Source: Heteronotia binoei | Lineage: Eukaryota | Length of the DNA: 64,000 bases | Direction of reading: 5' to 3' | Assembly: GCF_032191835.1 (NCBI RefSeq) | Contig: NC_083228.1 | Span: 110,174,001-110,238,000, forward strand | Part shown: positions 13,342-23,200 of the stretch, piece by piece | How positions within the stretch are numbered: the stretch's first letter is position 1 | How the letters are laid out: every line of letters starts with the position of its first letter | The notes under the pieces: generated by a model | Told to the model about the DNA's origin: nothing | The model's input: the letters and a program-made list of their open reading frames with translations, nothing else | Databases searched by the model: none | Position numbers and translations under genes: made by a program

Positions 13342-13562
13342 GTGGTGGTGGTGGAAAGTACTGTTAAGTTGCAGCTGATTTATGGCAATCTCATAAAGGT
13401 TTTCAAGGCAAGAGACATTCAGCATGATTTGCCATTGCCTGCCTCTGCGTAGCAACCCTGGACTTCCTTGTTGGTCTCCTGTCCAAATACTAACAGGGCC
13501 TACTCTGCTTAGCATCAGAGATCTGGTGGGATTAGACTAGCCTGGTCTATCTAAGTCAAGGC
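13342..13562 (-). mobile_element. 5S rRNA-headed SINE
   Basis: Reverse-complement homologue of 8661-8865. Confidence 0.75.
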
Positions 13563-14944
13563 ATCTTTTTAGGGTACTATAAGTTTTATACTCAACCCTG
13601 GGTGTTGGGACTTTCCATGTAAGGTCAGCAGCTTCCAGTCTTCCATGGCCTTCAGCATCTCATCTCTGTGTATGATGGGAAAATAGGAAGCTAATTCCAT
13701 CCATCATTCTGTCTTCTCATGCTTGGCACCTGAAGTCAGCTTGGCTCAATGGAATATCACACGTACAGCAGGGATCAGGACTGGCTGGATTGCAATCAAA
13801 TCCTAATACTTGTATTGTCACTTGAGTATAGTGGCAGCACAGTCATTCCATGCCAGTTTTCTCAGACTCCTTTCCTACCAATTTTAAACCTTCATGGTAG
13901 CATTAATAATAATAATAATAATAAACTTTTTATTTATACCCCGCCCTCCCCGCCTAGGCAGGCATTAACCTTTGTGTAGCCCAAAGATGCTGTACTACAT
14001 CAGTGTTACTGGACATTACCCCTGATGGATATTGCACAGCAGCCACTGAGATTTCATTTGCCTTGGCAAGCCTGTAAGACAACATCACAATTTCCCCCAA
14101 CAGACTTCACCAGCTGTTTTACCAGTTGTGGGGAAAGAAATCCTTAAAATGCTCTTTACATATATTTTTAAATGTTTTTGATTTTTTCTTCTTTTTTGCT
14201 TCATAGTGATATCAGTGAATATTGATATTCAAAAAATATTTCTGACTATCCCTTTTACCAAAGAAGGCTACATATTTTAACATATTAGCTCATCTTGGAT
14301 CATGGTGCCCCCATCTCTTGACTTTTTTCAAAGTATTCTTTTTTAAGCACTGTCTTCTTTTATGGTCATCAGTGAAAATCCAGCTTGTTTTTCCTCTTCT
14401 TTGATTGTTGGTATTCAACAGCACATTACATGTACAGCTGGGCTTTTCTGCCTTAACCTCCCATTGCAGTATCTTCTACCCCCCCTAAAAAGCTGCTCAT
14501 AAAAGTCAAAGGACCCTCCAGAGTGGGCATAAATGTGATATGAAGAACTGAAAAGGATAATCTGCAACCTCTCATCCTAGTGCGTTTTCTGTTCCTGTTT
14601 TACATTTTTCAAACTATATCATTTTCTAGTGGGATAGTAAGTAGATGCACTTGTAGGGGCCCTTTCTGCATATGGTTTTATCTCTGATCTCTCCCCACAT
14701 CTCTGTCGTTTCAAAAATTTGTTTATATACACTCCCGTGCTCACCTCCCTCTCCTGTCAGATTTTATTTTTCCTTCTACATCTGTTTTCTGGCATTTAGC
14801 TGTCATCCCACTTTCTCTCTACAGAACAAAAGAAAAGCTCTGCTGGGGCAGATGAATGATCCATCTAGTCCAGCATCCGTTCCACACAGTGGTCAGCAAG
14901 TTACTTTGAAGAGCCAACAAGCAAGGCATAGTGGCCTAGGCCTT

Positions 14945-15613
14945 TGTCACGACTCGGACCTTCAGGTAGAGACGGACGGCTGCTGATGTCCTGGCAGTCG
15001 GCCAGAGCGTTTGCAGCCGGCTGGGGCTCTTTCAAGGAGCAGCACAAACGTTATCTTTCAGTCCTAATTAGTCAACACCATAAATCAGTCCAGCCGAAGG
15101 GAGAAACAGAGCGCGTCGTCACAGGAATGCAGAGGGTCAAAAGCCAGAGGAAGCAAGCCGAATATAGTCAAAGTACCTAAGTCAGTCCACAGAGCAAAAT
15201 CAGAGTCCAGTTCCAAGTCCAAGGTTCAAGCCGGGTCAGGAGCACACGGGTTCTCTCAGCAGGCAAGAGGGTGCGGGGCGAGGTCACGTCCGAGTAGGAT
15301 CGTTCGTTGCCAGCACAGTTTGCCCTAAGGCCAGGGTTACAGATATACTGTGCTTGGCTTGTTAACTCGTTAGTACTCCGGGCTTAGATCTCTCCTCCCA
15401 CGCATGCGTGCTTCTCTCCGTCTATTTCTAAACTCCTGCCGTCTCTTTTCACGGAGCCGGCTCACAGGTGGTGGAGATTCAGGAGGGGATGAGCTAGGGC
15501 CCGGTGTGGCCTGATCAGTTTCAGGTGGCTCCTGCTCTGAGTTAGCAGGGGCTGGGTCAGGGGCAGGCACCTGCTCAGAGTTAGCAGGGGCTGGGTCTGG
15601 GGCAGGCATGACA
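14945..15613 (-). mobile_element. Solo LTR (669 bp), probably Ty3/Gypsy-type
   Basis: TGTCACG...CATGACA termini (TG...CA, TGTCA/TGACA inverted) flanked by an exact 5-bp TSD GCCTT (14940-14944, 15614-15618); CpG-rich; no internal gag/pol. Confidence 0.9.
15370..15609 (-). CDS. 79-aa Pro-rich/Arg-rich ORF inside the solo LTR (function unknown)
   Basis: ATG at nt 5 of the LTR on minus; (PAPDPAPANSEQ)x2 from a 36-bp tandem repeat, then RLREKRRQEFRNRRREARMRGRR. No homology recognised. Confidence 0.25.
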   Translation of the reverse strand: MPAPDPAPANSEQVPAPDPAPANSEQEPPETDQATPGPSSSPPESPPPVSRLREKRRQEFRNRRREARMRGRRDLSPEY

Positions 15614-15827
15614 GCCTTCTCCCGCTGTTGCCTTTTAGCACTAATATTCAGTTTTGCTGTGTCTGATTATGAAGGTTTCCTTTGGTAACCATTTTTAATG
15701 TGTTGTTTTTTATTAGATTGGTTTGCATTTTTTATCTGGTTGTTACCCTCCTTGAATGCTGGGATGGTTAGGAGAAAGGCAGGTAAATAATGAAGTGTAT
15801 ATAAAAGGCTCAGGAACACACAAACAA

Positions 15828-16022
15828 ATGAAGCTGCTTTATACTGAATCAGACCCTTCGTTCATCAAAGTCAGTATTGTCTACTCAGACAGCGATTGGC
15901 TCTCTAGGGTCTCAGGCAGAGGTCCTTCACATCATCTGCACTCAGATGTTTCAAATGGAGATGCTGGGGATTGATCCTGGGATTTTCTGCATACCAAGCA
16001 GATGCTCTACCACTGAGCCACA
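15828..16022 (-). mobile_element. tRNA-headed SINE with CR1-like tail
   Basis: Homologous to 4459-4670, more diverged. Confidence 0.8.
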
Positions 16023-16099
16023 ATACATGACATTTTTTCTTCCAGGAAGTTGGCAGCTCTATTAGGGTACTCCAAGTTCTAGAGTTTTTGGAGAGGGAG

Positions 16100-17050
16100 A
16101 AAAAGCTCTGTCGTATCACCCTAGTTGCCTTTTTTCCAAATTGAAAAGTTCTGGACTCTTCTGCTATTCCTCATAGGAAAGGAGCTCCAACACCTTACTA
16201 TTCCATGCTTACCTCTTTACTTTTTCCAGCTGTGAAATAACTTTTTTTTTTTTAGAAACAGCATCCACTACCAATAAGAAATAAACTTTACACCCATTCA
16301 GAAATTATGTTACACATTATGGCCCACCCTTCAGTTCTTTCTGAAATGTTATCCTGCATTTCCAGATGAATAGAAGCTTGCATTATTAAGCTTTTATTTC
16401 ACTTTATATTTGAGAATGTCCTTGTTTGAGAATGTCTTTTCAAATATTGCTTGGGCTTCCTGGTGCTTCTTAGTTTTTTTAAAAAAACAAAACAAATCTG
16501 ACCATTTTGAAGAATTATTGTATATGATTTTTATTAAGAATTTTCTTTTAAATCAAAAATATTAGGCTAGGTTGGCTTTCATTTTGTATAGCCCACCGGA
16601 TAAGTCCAGCATATTTTTTAATGTGCCAGAAAGTATTCAGTCCCTCAAGAATACACTTTGTTCAATTTTGTATTCTTGTTTAGAACAAGGATGCACTTTA
16701 AATTAAAATATTTTATATCATAAGCTAGGCAGAACTAACCATTTTGGCTGAACTTTAGTTGTCATCCCATTGAGTCCATGTTTGTTTTTAAATTCACAGT
16801 CATCTAGTCAGCCACTTGTTCATTCGTATTTAAAGTATAGTGGTTTCCCCTCCTTCACAAAAACATACTTTTTTTTTGTTTCTTCCATGACTTGACTTAG
16901 CTTCCTGTTATTCTACTCTGTCAGTTTTTCCCTCAATATTCTTTTTTCATGTTGAGTTGTATTTGTTTGCCAGTAGCTTCCTTCAGAGTTTCCCTGCTCT
17001 TTTCTCTTTTGTACTTCTGCAAGCTCCTTTCGCCAGTTAATTTTTATTAG
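16100..17050 (-). mobile_element. Old, degraded CR1 ORF2 fragments
   Basis: Minus translation near 16950-17045 gives INWRKELAEVQK..ETLKEAT resembling the CR1 linker; 16110-16240 resembles the CR1 RT C-terminal region. Many stops. Confidence 0.4.
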
Positions 17051-17591
17051 TAGCAGGCTTTGTGTCCACCCATGTGTGATTTAGCTAAAGTAATTTCTCT
17101 GTGTTCTCAGCTGAAACAGTTTTTTCCTATAAATTCAAGTCTGCCAGAGGAGTATTGAGGAAAACTCAAACATCCAGTCTCCTGTAGAGATTATTAAACT
17201 TTGAAAGTTAATGCCTCATATATATCATTTTCACAGCATTTTATGTACTGTTTCTGTTTGTGTATCGTGTCAAAAGGCTCCAGTGAAACATTTGGATATA
17301 AAATCAGAACCTGCTGAAAACCTATCTGGAAAATGTCCGGATTGCTTTCTCCCATTTTAATAGGGAAAGAGCATGTGTTCTAAACATGAATAGGTGACTA
17401 TAACTGGTATGAAGTGCACTAACATAGCTAAAGTGTGAAACCTACACTGGGGGCTTTTGAAACTTGCATAGAGAATCAAAACCACCCATGCCTCCAGTAT
17501 TGAATCCAGAATTTAGCTGTAATGTAACGCTTGCTCCCTACAACCAGATAGATCCAAGTGGGCAACCGTGTTGGTATGAAACAGTAGAACA

Positions 17592-17697
17592 AAGTAGAAG
17601 TCAAGTTTCACCTTTAAGATCAACAAAGTTTTATTCAGAATGTAAGCATTCTGAATAAAACTTTGTTGGTCTTAAAGTTGCAACTTGACTTCTACTT
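17592..17697. repeat. Near-perfect hairpin, 51-bp arms and 4-nt loop, from a Penelope-like pseudo-LTR
   Basis: Arms 17592-17642 and 17647-17697 with 3 mismatches; arm sequence (CACCTTTAAGACCAACAAAGTTTTATT) also at ~25365-25420, ~32445-32480 and ~52500-52590. Confidence 0.8.
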
Positions 17698-17802
17698 CTC
17701 AATTCTCTTCTTTCCAGGATAAATTTTTCTTTCCTTTGTCAGCCTGAACCAGTATTGATGCAACCTTTGTGTTACATCTACACTATGATTAACCATGGCT
17801 AA

Positions 17803-18081
17803 AAGAAGAAGAAGAAGAAGATATTGGATTTATATCCCGCCCTCCACTCCGAAGAGTCTCAGAGCGGCTCACAATCTCCTTTACCTTCCTCCCCCACAAC
17901 AGACACCCTGTGAGGTGGGTGGGGCTGGAGAGGGCTCTCACAGCAGCTGCCCTTTCAAGGACAACCTCTGCCAGAGCTATGGCTGACCCAAGGCCATGCC
18001 AGCAGGTGCAAGTGGAGGAGTGGGGAATCAAACCCGGTTCTCCCAGATAAGAGTCCGCACACTTAACCACTACACCAAACT
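17803..18081 (-). mobile_element. tRNA-derived SINE with L2-like tail (Squam3/Ther1-like), young copy
   Basis: 263/265 nt identical to 846-1110; (TTC)n tail. Confidence 0.9.
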
Positions 18082-18174
18082 AACTAAGGTTCCCATTCTG
18101 ACTAGAATAGGGTTGCAAACATTGGTTGAAAGGGAATCTGATTATTGCTAATCATGGCCAGTGTCACTAGACAC

Positions 18175-18220
18175 AGTTAAGGCCAACAACAGAAAGATAG
18201 TTAAGGCCAACAACAGAAAG
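18175..18220. repeat. Tandem duplication, 24-bp period
   Basis: AGTTAAGGCCAACAACAGAAAG x2. Confidence 0.9.
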
Positions 18221-19549
18221 GTAGGAGATTTGAAAGGATGTTTTTTCTGGTGCTTCCTGATTTCATTCGTTTTTTCCATTTATAGCCCACCCTTTCCCAA
18301 ATGGGCTCTGATTTGTAGCCCAAGGTTTATGGGGGAATCCAGCATAATATCAGTGGCAATTGTAATAATATAATATATAATAATATCAATAGCAATAGTT
18401 GTACTGTGAATGTATTTTGTGAATTTTTGAAGGATGGAAGTGTGTGTCTACTCCTTTTAAAAATGGAAGAAAGATTGAGGATAGCAGCAACAGAGCTGTC
18501 AGATTCCTAGAACTACATGTACTTCTGCCTTCCCACCCTGAACTCTTTCATACATGGTGGGAGCAGTCTACATATAGAAGCTTCTTTCCATACATGGAAC
18601 TCCTGCCTTTGGATTGAGACGAATGTTGGATTGGACCTCTGCTGCTTAAGAACAATTGAGAGCCACATATTAATTAATATATGTTTATTTGTTAAAAAAT
18701 TAAACCTTATTTCCCCTGTCAAAAACAAAGGACCCCCCAAGTAGGATATTTTCTTAAAATATTATAAGCTGCCTAATAGGGCACTTGATAGTATAAGCAC
18801 CATTTGTCTGCCTCTTTGAGCCTGGCATCTGTAATAATTTTTCATCATGTTTTAGCTGAAACGATCTCTGTGTCGGGCAATATGATCGGTTTCCCATCTG
18901 TAGTTGCAGCCTAACAATTTGTATTTCTGCTTCGTACATCTGATAATTGGTATCAACAAGTGCTCCATTTCTTCGTTGATATGTATTCCCTCTCAAGTAA
19001 ATGTTAGTTAACTATCTCCATGTAGCAGCTTTACCAGGAGTATAGTATAACATACGAGTAAACAAGCTATTTTGGCGTACTAAACATGACCATGCATAAA
19101 TGACTCATGGCCCTGCTTTGATACTTGTGACTTAAGCAGACCTTCCTAGTGCTTAAAAATAACTTAGGTTTTAAAAGCAGTCTGTGCTGAGTACTGTGTA
19201 TATATTACAAGATAGTGTTCACTGCCCTTTGACTTGTTTATATCTTGCTAACTAGGTTAACATATTTAGCAGGGTTGGTCAAAATGTTAAAAGTGTGCTA
19301 TTCTGAAGCTAATTGCTATCTAATTACAAGCACTAAGTCCCGCTGGGACCCTTAACTGTCGCAATGGCATCATTCAGATGTCGTGGCAAACAATTCAGCG
19401 TTATTCTGTGCTGATTTTACTTAGTAGAGGAGCTAACAAGAGTTTACTGTGCTCAGCTTGCTAAATCTGCTAGCACAAGGCATTGTGCAAGGTGTTGTGT
19501 AAAGGTTTGCACCAAGTCTTGCACTGGCTCTTCTACACATGGAGCGTCC

Positions 19550-19727
19550 TGACTCAAACCATTTGCTATATCAAGGTCAGTATTGTCTACTGGCTCCATG
19601 GTCTCAGGCTGAGGTCTCTCAGGTCACCCACTGTCAGACCCTGAGTGTAACTGGAGATGCCAGTGATTACACCTGGGACCGTCTGCAGGGAAAGTAGAGG
19701 CTTTGCCACAGAATCACAGCCCCTCCC
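19550..19727 (-). mobile_element. Diverged tRNA-headed SINE (same family as 4459-4670)
   Basis: GTCAGTATTGTCTAC...GGTCTCAGGCTGAGG...GGAGATGCC...ACCTGGGACC motifs. Confidence 0.65.
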
Positions 19728-19813
19728 AAGGGTTTGCTCAGGAGTTTGCATTATGCCAGTAGTTTGTACAATATGACCTGCGGTTTATTTGCTGCTTGAA
19801 TGTGCCATCATTG

Positions 19814-20028
19814 ATGGTGGAAAGTGCCTTCAAATTGTAGCTGAATTATGGTTACTATTTAGGATTTTCAAAGCAAAAGACATTCATAGGTGACTTCTTG
19901 TTTCCTGCCTCTGCGTCAGTAACTGGGGCTTCCTTGGTGGTCTCCGATCTAAGTACTAAACATGACCAACCATGCTTAGCTCCTGAGATCTGACAAGGTC
20001 CGGCTAGCCTGGGCTATCCAAGTCTGAG
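19814..20028 (-). mobile_element. 5S rRNA-headed SINE
   Basis: Reverse-complement homologue of 8661-8865. Confidence 0.7.
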
Positions 20029-20040
20029 CCATTATTAACT

Positions 20041-20267
20041 ATCAAAGATTTCAGGTTTTCACGGCTGGTAACATCATTAGGGCTTGTAGAATCTTTCGGG
20101 CTCAAGTGCCGTGTTCTATTGGAGAAAGTTTTTCTTCCAGACGTTTCGTTCTCGGCTGCGGAGAACATCCTCAGTGGCGTTGCAGCCGGAGCAGGCGCTC
20201 TGACCTTCTTGGCTGCTGTGCATCCCCACTCAATGCACTTGAGCCCGAAAGATTCTACAAACCCTAA
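20041..20267 (-). mobile_element. Penelope-like (PLE) pseudo-LTR mini-insertion with inverted end duplication
   Basis: Exact 12-bp flanking direct repeat CCATTATTAACT (20029-20040, 20268-20279); 32-bp inverted repeat (20078-20109 vs 20235-20266, 1 mismatch); PLE-like end ACCAGCCGTGAAAACCTGAAATCT on minus. Confidence 0.8.
20137..20177 (-). ncRNA. Minimal type I hammerhead ribozyme
   Basis: Minus: CCA-CUGAGGA-U-GUUCUC(cgcagcc)GAGAAC-GAAA-C-GUC-UGG. Intact CUGANGA and GAAA core, 6-bp stem II, 3-bp stem I (CCA/UGG), palindromic ACGU stem III, GUC cleavage triplet. Confidence 0.75.
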
Positions 20268-23200
20268 CCATTATTAACTGTTTATTTATGAGGGAAAGAG
20301 AGAGGTGCAGGGAGAAGGATGTGGTGTGTGAGGCTGAGGATTGATTTCCCCATGTAACAGAAAACCATAGTTTGTTGCTACGGTTGTGTTATGTCAATGT
20401 CTACCCTCTCAACCTCTTTTAAAAATATAAGCAGTTTGTTAAATAAAATTTCAAGGATCACACAAAACATATAACATTTCTGTATAAATAAACTATAGGA
20501 TACATTAAATATATAATTACATACTTTTTGAACATTATTTATTAGTATCCTACTTATTTCCTTCAATTGAACTGTTTTAATACAAATGGTCAGCATTAAA
20601 ATATTTGAGCTTCATAAAATATATAGGATTTAGCATAAACTGGGAATCAAAACTGTTTCCTTCTGATTACATTTTTTTAAAAAAATCCCAAAGTCCAGTT
20701 TACTTCCAAGGTTTTAAGCCATTCATTATTCTCTGGAAGACTATTGTAGAGTAAAAGACTTGAGGTAGACTATTTGCTGCAATGTAAAGTGTTCAGACAG
20801 ATGTTCATGGGCAGCACATGTTGTTGCCATCATTTGTTATCTATAAACAGACAAACAACTTCATGCGCTTAGCAACCAAAACTGCTTTGGCTAGCAACAT
20901 GCACCAAGCCCCCTCTACAGAGCCTGCTGTCACTGCTGCTGTTTCTGCTTCCCTCTTTGGCTGGCCAAGGAGAATCTGCTGACTGGGCATCCTTTGTAAC
21001 TGGCTGTACCAGAGACAGTCAAGACTCAAGACAAGAATTACGGCTCTTTTTTGGATTTTTACCAAGGCGAGCCTGGTCAAAGGTAAGGGGTTAAGATGGC
21101 CAAGAATATTGCTGATTCATAACATTTAAATAAGCCCATTGGTTAAGGGAAATTCAGATTGCTGAATTATCTGGATGGGCTTTTGCATATTCATTGTTAG
21201 ATATAATTCAAGTCACACACAGCCACTTCAGCAAGATCTTTATATTTTATCTGTATATCGTTGGATACTTTTTGTGTTTAATTGCAGCTGTGGGTTAAGG
21301 TTAGTGGTTCTTATTGTGGAAAGGTTCAATACCTATAACATGTGAAAATACAGTTAATAAACTTGCCTTCCTTCTAAATCATGAGCTAGATTTTGGTTCT
21401 GGTCAGTAGAAGCACCTGCATTTTTCTTAATTGGCTTTGGATGCTTTTCAGCACTTATTTTTCTCCTCCAAGAGGCATTTACAACAACTTCTCATTCTGG
21501 GTTTCAGTGTTGTTTCTTAACACTTCACATTTGGTGACACAGGGCCAAATAGTAGTGAAAACTACCTTTCAGAGCTTCCAGGAATACATTTTCCCCTTTC
21601 CTCATAATGCCATTCTAATTGCATTTTTTGAGAATCAAGACAGGAAGATGTAACTCTTTGGTTCGCTCTGCCACTCTGGCAAGTGGTTCCACACACACCA
21701 TATTTTCCTTGTAGAAAGAGAGCTCTGGTATCAGATCAAATGCAAGGCAATACATTTTCTTCTTATGCATAGAGTCTTACATGCATGAGCTGGTATTTCT
21801 GTTGTTATACACACACACACATATCTCCTTTAGCCACCAGAGCTTAGGCTGGAGAGGGACTATGATTTGGACTGGGCACCCACAAGTACAAGAATTCAGG
21901 GTGCATTTGGGACTGCTTTGGGAGGAGAGAAGTGAGGAACTCGCGGTCTGCAAGCAGAAACCCTTGCACTTATCAAAACACTTGTTGAGTTCTGCTCAAT
22001 AGTTTAAAAAAAGTTAGAGGTGATATAATAGAAACATAATCTCTCTGAAATGTACACATTCATTTGTTTTGTTGACTGTCATTTGATTAAACAGTCTTTG
22101 ATAGTTATAGAAGACGTATGAAATCTGTAAATAGGAATGATGGAGGGATTCATACTATAGGGAATGAAATCTCCACCATACCACCTTCAGCTTTTTCTCA
22201 AAGAAAGTGGGGGCAACAGCTTTGCAGCCTTATTTCATTAGAAGTTTTATGGTCATATTTCAGACTTCTGTTGACATTGCTGTGCTGAAGCTTGAATTTA
22301 CAAACCCAACTGCCAGGACACATTCCTTTAAACCATTTACTTCTGTAACCGATTTTTTTGTTCTTGTTTGCTCACTGACCATATTGCACTTATCACTTTT
22401 TGTAAGTTGCATTGCAGTGCCGACATACATTGCAATACTATGCAGAGTTACCCAGGTTTAAAACCATTGATGTAATAATTCTGTAAAGGATTGCATAGTT
22501 ACTTCTTAATAGTTGGGAAAGTGAAAATGTCCAACTGGTATTCTAGTGATCATCTGTAGCATGTTTACACATGGATCTTCTATTGGTAATGTGATTTCTA
22601 TTTGCTCCTAAGAATCTGTTAGAATCTCCTAAGAATTCTGTTCTGTGATAGTAATCCAGGGTCCATTGATAGTGGTTGCATCTTTTGAACTAACTCATAT
22701 CCATAGCTTGGAGTACTGGAAGAGAGAAGCAGGGTAAAAATGTTTGGAGAAGAATGTGCTGGAAGAAAACATAAGAAAGTTTACTTTTCTGGGCTTGTTT
22801 CAGCCAGCTAAAATAGAAAACTAAGATGGTGCTTGTGATTTTCTCCAAAGTAATTTTTAATGAAGTGTAACTATCAATCAGTAACATATGGAAGGCATCT
22901 TGATGGACTTCAGCAATGAAGTAGACACTGGCGTATTGTAGTTCAAATTAAGACAGTCTTCATGGTAGTTTATTTTCAGTTTAGATCCTTTCTGTATTAG
23001 ATTTCAGTGGAATAGGACAATAAAGGACTGAAGCGTTTTGTCTGTGGATTTAAATCTTTCTTTATGCCCAACACAATTACATGGGAAAACCTGAGAAAAG
23101 TGTTAAATTAGAATGTGTAGTAGGTATTTTCCATAGTCTGAAATAGGAGACGTTTAGCATTAGAGTCCAAGGCTTTTCTTGAGCTTGTGATTTTCTGAAT

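Larger units (their letters stand above)
14826..15700 (-). mobile_element. CR1 3'-end-type repeat split by the solo LTR at 14945-15613
   Basis: AGAACAAAAGAAAAGCTCTGCTG...CCATCTAGTCCAGCATCC...GGCCTAG|GCCTT|CTCCCGCTGTTGCC reads contiguously when the LTR and one TSD copy are removed. Confidence 0.6.
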
